Assembly (NCBI GenBank): GCA_963666285.1
Contig: OY762711.1
Length of the DNA stretch: 64,000 nucleotides
Source of the DNA: Sedimentisphaerales bacterium
Lineage (GTDB): Bacteria > Planctomycetota > Phycisphaerae > Sedimentisphaerales > SM23-30
Strand: one strand, 5' to 3'
The notes under the pieces were generated by a model that searched no databases, was not told where the DNA came from, and saw nothing but the letters and a program-made list of their open reading frames with translations. A program made the position numbers and the translations under genes. Shown here piece after piece: positions 32,121-41,022 of the stretch; position 1 is the first letter of the stretch, and every line of letters begins with the position of its first letter.

Positions 32121-32873
32121 ATGAACGAAAGATTTGCTAGAATTGAAAGATTGCTTGGTGCCGAAGGTTTGGCCAGGTTGCAGCATAGCTATGTGGTTAT
32201 CGTTGGGCTGGGGGCTGTAGGCGGTTTTGCTGCTGAAGCGCTTGCTCGCAGCGGGGTTGGCCGGTTAAGACTTGTTGACTTCGATATCTTTACTCCGGGT
32301 AATATCAACCGGCAGATATGTGCGTTAAGCTCAACTTTGGGCAGAAAAAAAGTAGAGGTTTTTGCCGAAAGAATACTGGATATAAACCCGGATTGTATCG
32401 TTGAACCTATGAATGTTTTTGCCCATACTGAGTCTTTTGATAATATTTTCAACGATCTGCCCGATTTGGTTATAGATGCAATCGATTCTTTTAATCCAAA
32501 AGTGGAACTGCTCAGTTACGTTCAGACACGTAACATTCCGGTTATTTCCAGTATGGGGGCCGCTCTTCGTAGAGACCCTGCTAAAATTGCTGTTGATGAA
32601 CTTACCAATACTACATGTTGTCCGCTGGCAAAGTTATTGAGAAAACATCTAAGGCGAAGGGACGCAGGAACTAATATTACCTGTGTGTATTCAACGGAGA
32701 CCAGGAGTGATATTCCTCTTGAGGCTGTTGCCGGCGAAAGTGAAAGTGAAGATAATTATTATGATCGTGGCAGAAAGAGAAGAGAATTAGGCAGTCTGCC
32801 TACAATTACAGGCATTTTTGGACTTACTATCGCTAATAAGGCCATAGAGTTATTAAGTATTCCCAGTAAATAA
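32121..32873 (+). CDS. tcdA: tRNA threonylcarbamoyladenosine dehydratase (ThiF family)
   Basis: GLGAVG, NINRQ, DAID, SSMGAA, CPLAK, VYSTE, GSLP. Confidence 0.85.
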   Translation: MNERFARIERLLGAEGLARLQHSYVVIVGLGAVGGFAAEALARSGVGRLRLVDFDIFTPGNINRQICALSSTLGRKKVEVFAERILDINPDCIVEPMNVFAHTESFDNIFNDLPDLVIDAIDSFNPKVELLSYVQTRNIPVISSMGAALRRDPAKIAVDELTNTTCCPLAKLLRKHLRRRDAGTNITCVYSTETRSDIPLEAVAGESESEDNYYDRGRKRRELGSLPTITGIFGLTIANKAIELLSIPSK

Positions 32874-33208
32874 TTTAAGTATTTCGGTTTTTTGGGGTGA
32901 CAAAATTATCTTTTGTGGTATAATACCAAAATAGATTGAAGAGTGGAGAGATAATTGGGGCACAAGAGACTTGTTTTTTTGTGTAAAGTTACAAAAGTAA
33001 AAATTGAAATGGTTTTTCTTGCTTCTGGCTGCTTTGGAATTTTCGTTGCATTTTTTTTACCTGTTTTTTGATTGTTTTTTCTATAAGTAGTTATTATTGC
33101 AGGATGCCTGAATTATAATTGAAGGTTTTTTTGGTAAATTGAGACAGATGCTTATGGGAAAGGGATTATATCTTTATATCCGGTAAGTGTTGTGGGAGCA
33201 ATTGTTTA

Positions 33209-33817
33209 ATGAGTAAAGTGCAAAATAGCTTTGATTTTACGGTTTTAAGGCAGTTGAGAAAGAAACGCGGATTGAATTTTGACATTCTTTCTCAAAAAAG
33301 TGGTATTAGTAAACCAACTCTTCATTCCATTGAGTCTGGAAAAAATGTGCCTACTCTTCCAACTCTAAATTCTATCGCAAATGCCTTGGAAATTTCCACG
33401 ATGGATTTTTTGAACCTCGCACATGTGCCCGGTGCAAAAATAAATGAGGTAGAAAATCTCGGCAGATTAGACGGGACTGAAGATAGTAATGCTGTCTATG
33501 CTGTTGATAGTGATTTGCATAGTTTTTGTGTCAAGGCCGCACCTGGTGATGTTATCGACGGAAGGTCGCTTTGCGGAAAACTCAATACTCCATACAGGGT
33601 TATGTGCATTGTTGTTGAAGGTGAACTGAAAGTCTCGGTTGGCGATAAGGAATATCATGCCAGGAAAGGAAATTATGTCTGTTTTTCTGCTATAAACAGG
33701 TATTCTTACAGTGCTGCCGGCAACGATAATTGCAGGTTTGTGCTTGTTCATTCTACTGAAAATATTTTTACCGATTTGGAAACTATTGTTAAAGGATTAT
33801 CACAAATAGATTTATAA
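33209..33817 (+). CDS. XRE-family transcriptional regulator with cupin domain
   Basis: N-terminal HTH (LRQLRKKRG...IESG..PTL); C-terminal VVEGEL cupin; TGGTATAAT promoter at 32916. Confidence 0.8.
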   Translation: MSKVQNSFDFTVLRQLRKKRGLNFDILSQKSGISKPTLHSIESGKNVPTLPTLNSIANALEISTMDFLNLAHVPGAKINEVENLGRLDGTEDSNAVYAVDSDLHSFCVKAAPGDVIDGRSLCGKLNTPYRVMCIVVEGELKVSVGDKEYHARKGNYVCFSAINRYSYSAAGNDNCRFVLVHSTENIFTDLETIVKGLSQIDL

Positions 33818-33993
33818 TTTTTTCTTTATTTTGGTGTTATTTTATTTGGGATTACACCCATGGCAGTGACGGCAGTTGTATTTGCTGTAAGTCATTGTTA
33901 AAGTGTAATTTACAAGCCAAACGCGACCTGATTTTTCAGCAGTTGTGTTTGGCTTTTTTTTGAGCTTAATGTTAAAATATTGGAAATCGTTGC

Positions 33994-34022
33994 TTGACAT
34001 TTTTGCAATACCTATATAGAAT
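33994..34022 (+). promoter_or_regulatory. sigma70 promoter of rpsA
   Basis: TTGACA-N17-TAGAAT. Confidence 0.75.
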
Positions 34023-34135
34023 ACTGGTCTTTTGTACGGCCGCAAGGTGCGGCTGACATATGGACCAGTTTGATACGGGCAGCTGATTATAGTCCATTAA
34101 CCCCGGGTAAGAATACACTTCTTTAGGTATTAATT

Positions 34136-35992
34136 ATGGTAGATAAAGGCATTTTCCACGAATTTCAAATTGATGAAGCTGCTATTGAGGCTCAGGTGTC
34201 AGAAGCTTTGAACCTTACTGGTGATGGCGATCTGATGATGGAGCTCATTGATAAGACTGTTGTTAATTTTGAACCTGGCACAATCCTGACCGGTACTATC
34301 GTTAACAGGATTGGTGATGATATTATTGTTGAAGTTGGTCTAAAGAGCGAAGGCTCTATCAGTTCTCAGGAATTTAACGATCCTTCAGAAATTAATATTG
34401 GTGATACAGTTGAAGTTTTTCTTGAATCTGTTGAGTCCAGCAGTGGTGAAATCGAACTTAGCAAACGTAAGGCTGACCGTATCCGCGGTTGGGAACGTAT
34501 TATCGAAACCAAAAAAGAAGGCGATGTTATTATTGGTCGCGTAGTTCGCCGTATTAAGGGTGGTTTACTGGTTGACGTTGGCGTCCCTGTATTCCTGCCT
34601 GCTTCTCAGGTTGATATCCGTCGTCCTGGCGATATCTCTGAATATCTTAATAAGGATCTGGAAGCCAAGATTCTCAAGATCGATGAAGAAAGACGTAACA
34701 TCGTTATTTCTCGTCGTAAGCTTCTTGAAGAACAGCGTGCTAACGCAAGAGCTACTCTTCTCGACGAGATCCAGGTGGGTCAGGTTCGCAAGGGTATCGT
34801 CAAGAACATCGCGGACTTCGGTGCGTTTATCGATCTTGGCGGCTTGGACGGTCTGCTGCATATCACTGATATGAGCTGGGGCCGTGTTACTCACCCATCC
34901 AAGATTGTTTCTCTTGACCAGGAAATCGAAGTTAAGATTCTTAGCATCGACGAAAATAAAGAAAAGATCGCTCTCGGCTTGAAGCAGAAATCTGAAAGCC
35001 CATGGCTTACTGCCAAAGAGCGATATCCTGTTAACGGTGTTGTTAAGGGTATTGTTGTTAATATTACTAACTACGGTGCATTTATCAAGCTGGAAGAAGG
35101 TATCGAAGGTCTGGTACATATCTCTGAAATGAGCTGGACTAAACGCGTTAACCATCCGGGCGAAATCCTGAATGTTAACGATGAAATCGAAGTTGTTGTT
35201 CTGGAAGTTGTTCCTGAAAAACAGGAAATCTCACTTGGTATCAAACAGCTTTCTGAAAATCCATGGACCCAGGTGGTTCACAAGTATCCTCCGGGAACAG
35301 TTGTCGAAGGTAAGGTTCGCAACCTGGCTAACTACGGTGCGTTCATCGAGATCGAAGAAGGTATCGACGGCCTGCTCCATGTTTCTGATATGAGTTGGAC
35401 CAAGAAGATCAGTCACCCTGGCGAAATGCTCAAGAAGGGCGAAGACCTCAAGTGTATCGTTCTGAACGTAGATCAGGATAAGCAGCGTGTTGGTCTTGGT
35501 CTGAAACAGATGACCGAAGATCCATGGGCACATGCTATCCCTGACAAATACCTGCCTGGCCAGATCGTTCGCGGTTGCGTTACCAAGCTGACTAACTTCG
35601 GTGTATTTGTTCAGCTGGAAGAAGACCTCGAAGGTCTGCTCCACATCTCTGAGCTTAGCGATGACAAGGTTGAAGGTCCACAGGATATCGTCAAGGTTGG
35701 CGACGATGTGGAAGTTAAGATACTGCGTGTTGATATCGAAGATCGCAAGATCGGCCTGTCTCTCAAACGTGCCCAGTGGGCTAACGAAGACGAAGCTGCT
35801 GAAGAAACACGCCGTAGTGGCGGTATCGACGGTAGTGCCGGCGGTCAGCTTATCGACAGCAACCTGTTCCAGAAGGTTCAGCCTGTTGAGGCTGCTCCTG
35901 CCCAAGAAGAAGCTCCTGCCCAAGAGGCTGCTCCTGCTGAGGAAGCTCCTGTTGAGGAAGCTCCTGCCGAAGGCGAAGAAAAAGCTGAATAA
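34136..35992 (+). CDS. rpsA: 30S ribosomal protein S1
   Basis: Six S1 domains (FGAFIDLGG.DGLLHITDMSW etc.); strongly biased codon usage. Confidence 0.97.
   Translation: MVDKGIFHEFQIDEAAIEAQVSEALNLTGDGDLMMELIDKTVVNFEPGTILTGTIVNRIGDDIIVEVGLKSEGSISSQEFNDPSEINIGDTVEVFLESVESSSGEIELSKRKADRIRGWERIIETKKEGDVIIGRVVRRIKGGLLVDVGVPVFLPASQVDIRRPGDISEYLNKDLEAKILKIDEERRNIVISRRKLLEEQRANARATLLDEIQVGQVRKGIVKNIADFGAFIDLGGLDGLLHITDMSWGRVTHPSKIVSLDQEIEVKILSIDENKEKIALGLKQKSESPWLTAKERYPVNGVVKGIVVNITNYGAFIKLEEGIEGLVHISEMSWTKRVNHPGEILNVNDEIEVVVLEVVPEKQEISLGIKQLSENPWTQVVHKYPPGTVVEGKVRNLANYGAFIEIEEGIDGLLHVSDMSWTKKISHPGEMLKKGEDLKCIVLNVDQDKQRVGLGLKQMTEDPWAHAIPDKYLPGQIVRGCVTKLTNFGVFVQLEEDLEGLLHISELSDDKVEGPQDIVKVGDDVEVKILRVDIEDRKIGLSLKRAQWANEDEAAEETRRSGGIDGSAGGQLIDSNLFQKVQPVEAAPAQEEAPAQEAAPAEEAPVEEAPAEGEEKAE
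35888..35970 (+). repeat. Imperfect 15-18 bp coding repeats (EEAPA)n in the S1 tail
   Basis: Recurrent GCTCCTG units encoding EAAPAQEEAPAQEAAPAEEAPVEEAPAE. Confidence 0.7.
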
Positions 35993-36016
35993 TTCTCAGC
36001 TCTCTTTCATAAAATC

Positions 36017-36047
36017 AAAAAGGCACAGTCAACCGGCTGTGCCTTTT
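36017..36047. terminator. Bidirectional terminator after rpsA
   Basis: AAAAGGCACAG...CTGTGCCTTTT. Confidence 0.8.
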
Positions 36048-36076
36048 ACATTTTAAATCTTACAAACGGAAATGTA

Positions 36077-36841
36077 TTATTCTTTGTGGATATTGCTATA
36101 CTCTTGAACCATTGAGATGATATTTTCGTTACCACATTTTTTGGCATATTCTAAAATGGTCATATTGCTGCCATCTTTCAGATTTGGGTCAGGTTTAAGT
36201 TTAAGCAACTTTCGTAGAAGGTTTGTGTCTTCCTTTTTAATAGCGATATGTGTTATTGTGTGTTTTTCATCCTCCCCTTGTTTCCAGCGTGATAGTTCAT
36301 TTAAATTTGCAATATGGTTAATGTCAAGGTATTGCAATGCAAAGTCGCTTATGTCTAAGCAATTTGCTGAGGTTATGTCTATCGCCAGCATAATCCCATC
36401 TTGTGATAGTCTGTTAGCTATAATTGTTTGCAGTATTTCTTTTATCACTTCAGGTCTGTTTTTATCTTGAATTGGGTTATCATGCCTATAATGAGCGTGG
36501 CTTGGCGCACTACCGTATTCAAGGGCAATATCAACTAAGTGGTATCCGTTATATTTTCTATTTAAATTCCATCCGTTATCTGCCAGTTCCTTGATTTTAG
36601 CAATTTCACCATGCCAGACGGCATAATAAATCCTGTTTGAATAATAATTAAAAGCCATATATGCAGAGCCAAGAAGAAAGAAAATAGATAGAACTCTTAT
36701 GTCTTTAATACATTTATTGAAATATCCAGCAACAAGCAAAGCGATAGCGATAGCTGCTGGAACGATAAATGTATGGCTAAAACTGGCATCGCCCATAATA
36801 ATGATGCCGATGAAAATTATTATTATATTTAGAATTATCAT
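36077..36841 (-). CDS. Membrane protein with degenerate ankyrin repeats
   Basis: Three N-terminal hydrophobic helices; HTITHIAIKK...LLKLKPDPNLKDGSNMTILEYA ankyrin-like repeat. Confidence 0.6.
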   Translation of the reverse strand: MIILNIIIIFIGIIIMGDASFSHTFIVPAAIAIALLVAGYFNKCIKDIRVLSIFFLLGSAYMAFNYYSNRIYYAVWHGEIAKIKELADNGWNLNRKYNGYHLVDIALEYGSAPSHAHYRHDNPIQDKNRPEVIKEILQTIIANRLSQDGIMLAIDITSANCLDISDFALQYLDINHIANLNELSRWKQGEDEKHTITHIAIKKEDTNLLRKLLKLKPDPNLKDGSNMTILEYAKKCGNENIISMVQEYSNIHKE

Positions 36842-37094
36842 CAGTTTACTTTCGCAGTTTTTAAGTTGCAAAAATCGCCTAAAAGGGCCTTTCTGTAACA
36901 CTTTGAATTTAAACAAAATGTGAGACGAAAGTCGAACACCTTAATTTTTCACTATTCATTATTCATTATTCATTTTTCACTTAATTGGCCCTGTTCCGGC
37001 CTTTGCGTATAATGTTGAACAGTCAAAAGTGCGCCATGCATATGATGCGAAGCATAAACCGCACTCATCAGTTTCTTACTATTTCACTCTTAGC

Positions 37095-39608
37095 TCAGTA
37101 TGTCTCTCGCAAATGCATTACTTTCAGTACCTTTCCAAATTTGACCCTTGAACGATATTCAACCGGCACAAATTCTACTGTTTTCGGCTCACCTGGCAGC
37201 AGTGTAAAACTATTGTTACTAAAAATACCCTTGATGCCGGGCGTCTCTAAAACCACAAAGAATGCCGGTTTATCTGTTGTCAATTCAACCTGGTATTTGC
37301 CGTTTACCTCGCTTACTTTCGTTTCTATCTTTGCCGGCATAAGACCGCAATTCTTTTCCTCGGTGAAAAATATAGTATTTTCATGGCTGTATGTCTTTCC
37401 GTTTGCACTTGCTGTTGTTTTAAGTACGGCAAAGCATTGCCCCGGGTCCACTGGAAGTTTGGCTGCCGATATCGCTTCCAGGGCTGTTGATGACTGCTTT
37501 GCAGCTTTCACATTGTGAGTCTTTTCTTTTAGGATATTCCCGTTGAAATCGTAAATATCAACCTTAATTTCGACATCAGCTTCCGTTAATAGGTCGCTCA
37601 CACAGTACAGCTCATACTTACCGTCCTTTGGTATCGCACAGCTCATAACCGGGGCATAGAATTGTTTCGCCTGGTAATGCAGCTGCTTCCAGTTGCCGTT
37701 ATATTCTATGCTCGACCAGGAACACACCGGCCAGTTATCGTTCAATTGCCAGAATATTATCCCCTGGCAGACCGGTTTAATCGAACGCCAGTATTCGCTG
37801 GCTGTCTTTATGGCTTTCGCCTGCTGCAGCTGACTAAGATACAATGTCGATTGGAAATCTTTCGGACTTTGAAAATAGCGTTCGAACATCTGGATGATAT
37901 ATTTATTGCCCTTGGATTTCTGATGTACCGTAAATACTTCTGATTCGACATCCAACTGATCTGCCGGGGCAAAACTTTCAACTGACTCCATTGACGGTAG
38001 TGACTGATAGCCAAATTCAGAGCAGAATCGTGGGTTTACATCATAAAACGCTTCAAATGCTTTTCCGCCATGCCATACTTCCCAGTAATGCATATCGCCT
38101 TTTGTGTCATCACTCCAGCCGTCAGAACCCAGCCCTTTTCCATCCGAAGGTGAACTCGGCCAGTAGCGTGCTTCCGGGTATATCTCTTGCAGGGCTTTTT
38201 GCCGGGCATCATTCAGTTTCGACCATTCCTTCTCATAATACGGCCTGTCGCTTCTGGACTCTTCATACCAGCCAATTGCACCTACACATTCATTATCACC
38301 ACACCAGATCACGATACTGGGATGATCGTATATCCTTTTTACCTGGTATTTTAGTTCCTTTTCAACACTGGCCAGAAAGTCTTTGTCGCCCGGATAGGTT
38401 GCACACGAAAACATCATATCCTGCCAGACCAGCAGTCCGATGCGATCGCAAGTATCATAAAAAATGTCTCTCTCATAATATCCGCCGCCCCAGGCACGTA
38501 CTATATTCATATTGGCCTCTACCATGGATTTCAGCAGGTATTCATACTTCTCATCTGTCTGCCTGTTCATAAATGCATCACAAGGGATCCAGTTTGCTCC
38601 CTTGCAGAATATATCAACATCGTTAATCCTGAACTTCATCGAGGTGCCGTATTTGTCATCCTCGTCAACCAGTTCTAACTTGCGTAAACCGATAGACCGC
38701 TTAACTATTTGATCTTTATTCACTACTTCCAGCTCATAAAGATTCTGATCGCCATACCCTGCCGGCCACCACAGGTCAGGGTTATTTATCTGGAACGATA
38801 CTTGATATTTATTCATTCCGTACTTGTAGGTACAGTTTAGCTCTTTGTCCTGGCCTGCCAGCCGAACTGCCAGCTTTTGCTGACCGGCACTCCGGGCTAA
38901 CAGTTCAATATTAACCGTTACTTCACAGCTGCCTTTATCGTGCTTCTGGCTGGCATAGACATGCTCGATCATCGGGCCGTTTACCGCCACCAGGCGAATC
39001 TCGTCGGTAATCCCCGATACAGGCATTTTTATGCCCCAGTCCCATCCGTTATGGCATTGAACCTTTCGCACATAATTAAAATCTCCCTGTTGTGATGGGA
39101 ACGGCTTTTCATACTTTTCCCGTTGCTTGGCGGCCGCTTTCAGTGGAGAATGAAATAATATCTCAATATTATTCTCGCCCGGAATCAGATACTTTTTGAC
39201 CCTGGCCTTAAAGGCGACAAACATATTATCGCTTGTACCCACTAGCTTGCCGTTTACTCTGAACTCGCAAAAGGTGTCAGGATTCTTAACTTCAAGATAA
39301 ATATCCTGGTATGCCGGCAATAGGGGATCTATGGTAAATTTACGTGATACTTTCCAGTCATATTCTGCTACCCATTGGATTTTCTCTTCATTCGTACCGA
39401 AATATGGGTCTTCGATTAGCCCGGCTTCATAAAGAGCACTGTGAATCCCACCGGGTATTTCACCGGTAGTTTTTATCGAACCGTCAACCTGGCTTATCTG
39501 CCATGTGCCTTTCAGGTCCACGGTTTGTATTGTTTTCATATCCTCTGCTGCTATACAAGTGCTTACTGATAGAAATATCATCGTACTGAAGAATAAAATA
39601 GATCGCAT
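37095..39608 (-). CDS. Secreted beta-mannosidase (GH2)
   Basis: Signal peptide; GWDWG, KGANWIP, RAWGGG, WCGDNE (acid/base), SEFG (nucleophile), WQLNDNWP. Confidence 0.92.
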   Translation of the reverse strand: MRSILFFSTMIFLSVSTCIAAEDMKTIQTVDLKGTWQISQVDGSIKTTGEIPGGIHSALYEAGLIEDPYFGTNEEKIQWVAEYDWKVSRKFTIDPLLPAYQDIYLEVKNPDTFCEFRVNGKLVGTSDNMFVAFKARVKKYLIPGENNIEILFHSPLKAAAKQREKYEKPFPSQQGDFNYVRKVQCHNGWDWGIKMPVSGITDEIRLVAVNGPMIEHVYASQKHDKGSCEVTVNIELLARSAGQQKLAVRLAGQDKELNCTYKYGMNKYQVSFQINNPDLWWPAGYGDQNLYELEVVNKDQIVKRSIGLRKLELVDEDDKYGTSMKFRINDVDIFCKGANWIPCDAFMNRQTDEKYEYLLKSMVEANMNIVRAWGGGYYERDIFYDTCDRIGLLVWQDMMFSCATYPGDKDFLASVEKELKYQVKRIYDHPSIVIWCGDNECVGAIGWYEESRSDRPYYEKEWSKLNDARQKALQEIYPEARYWPSSPSDGKGLGSDGWSDDTKGDMHYWEVWHGGKAFEAFYDVNPRFCSEFGYQSLPSMESVESFAPADQLDVESEVFTVHQKSKGNKYIIQMFERYFQSPKDFQSTLYLSQLQQAKAIKTASEYWRSIKPVCQGIIFWQLNDNWPVCSWSSIEYNGNWKQLHYQAKQFYAPVMSCAIPKDGKYELYCVSDLLTEADVEIKVDIYDFNGNILKEKTHNVKAAKQSSTALEAISAAKLPVDPGQCFAVLKTTASANGKTYSHENTIFFTEEKNCGLMPAKIETKVSEVNGKYQVELTTDKPAFFVVLETPGIKGIFSNNSFTLLPGEPKTVEFVPVEYRSRVKFGKVLKVMHLRETY

Positions 39609-39783
39609 AAAGACTCCTTCCCTGTAGATTTAGTTGAAAACAGGTTATTTCAAAAAAACTATATGATAGATTCAAATATAAATTAAGTTGCTGCTGTTAC
39701 AGTATATTGGTTAATATCCATGCGTTAGCAGCAACTTTCTTTTTTATTATACACTCTCATTAAACACGAACGCAATTAATCGC

Positions 39784-40854
39784 TCAATTTTCCAGCTCTT
39801 CCGGGGCCGCTTTCACTATTTCGTCTTCGATATGTTCGTATTCTTCAACCATTTCAGACTGTTTTGGCAAATGACCGCCAAATAATGGAACCAGGCCGCC
39901 CGGCATTGAGACTACGTAGATCATGAAACGGTTCAATAAAGAAAGGGCAACTACCCTCGCTTTCAGTTCATCATGGTTTGTAAATGCTGATTCGTCTGTT
40001 ACCGCGATAAAAAACGGGATAAATAGGTATTCCATTATTCCCAGACCGCCCGGCACCGGAACCGCAGCACTTATCACCCAGATTATTGGCATAACTGACA
40101 AACAGTGCAGCAGGGTTATACCCTTAAGGTTTAACGCTATCGTCAGCATCCAGATAGCTGTGATCGCTACCGTCTGAATTGAAAATGTTATCAGAAGGGC
40201 GACCAATAGTGAATCGGGATGATGTCTATATATGCGAAAACCGCTTTCGACCTCTTGCAGCTTTTTCTGGAACGGCAGCTTCTGTAAGATCGCTGATATT
40301 GCCAGGTATTTTCTCATTCGCTTGCTTAATGTCAGTAGCAGTCCCATAACCATCGCTGCCAGGATCAGGAATATCAGGACCTTAACATTCAACTCCTGAC
40401 CAAATACCGGCAGACAATAGTCCTTTTTTATGAATATCGCCGCTCCGCTGCCCAGCATTACTGTCCCGCACAAACCCAGCAGCCGGTCTATCAAAACCGA
40501 TAACGCGGCATGAAGCTTCTTGGTACCCGGGCAATGGTGCGTGACATACCAGCCCTTCAGCAGGTCGCCGCCAACTGAACCGGGCATGAAATTGTTATAA
40601 AATAAGCCCAAAAAGGTCAGTTTTACCGCTTGCCAGAATGATAGTGATACCTGGTGTGGTTTCAACAGGGCCATCCATCTTCTTGATAATGCCGCCTGCG
40701 ATATGCCGAATAGTATCGTTGCACTTATCAGCCAGCCCGGACGGGCCTGACGTAATGCTGATAGAAGCTCTTCTCGATCTATTCCTTTTAGCAGCCAGCC
40801 GACCGCCAGCAATGAAATTGCCAGCCAAATAAATTTATTGAGCCTTTTTATCAT
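39784..40854 (-). CDS. Lysylphosphatidylglycerol synthase TM-domain (flippase-like) protein
   Basis: RW..LL, NNFMPGSVGGD, DRLLG, PVPGGLG.ME. Confidence 0.85.
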   Translation of the reverse strand: MIKRLNKFIWLAISLLAVGWLLKGIDREELLSALRQARPGWLISATILFGISQAALSRRWMALLKPHQVSLSFWQAVKLTFLGLFYNNFMPGSVGGDLLKGWYVTHHCPGTKKLHAALSVLIDRLLGLCGTVMLGSGAAIFIKKDYCLPVFGQELNVKVLIFLILAAMVMGLLLTLSKRMRKYLAISAILQKLPFQKKLQEVESGFRIYRHHPDSLLVALLITFSIQTVAITAIWMLTIALNLKGITLLHCLSVMPIIWVISAAVPVPGGLGIMEYLFIPFFIAVTDESAFTNHDELKARVVALSLLNRFMIYVVSMPGGLVPLFGGHLPKQSEMVEEYEHIEDEIVKAAPEELEN

Positions 40855-41022
40855 TTCCAGCGTATTATAAATAATGCTGGATTAAATATTAAGCAAATTA
40901 TTGATATATTTGGCACTCGATGTTGACTATATATAAAAATAGCGATAAACTAAGTTTTTTAATATATTTAGCCGAAACTTAATAATACATGTACTTTTGT
41001 TGAACATAAGTAATAAGGATTT

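Noticed and set aside
180..32873. tsaC and tcdA as a t6A pathway cluster
   Set aside because: 31 kb apart in unrelated transcription units; probably coincidental
34565..35923. Long antisense ORFs over rpsA (and similar shadow ORFs over gyrA, pgk, nusB and others)
   Set aside because: Antisense shadows of strongly biased coding sequence
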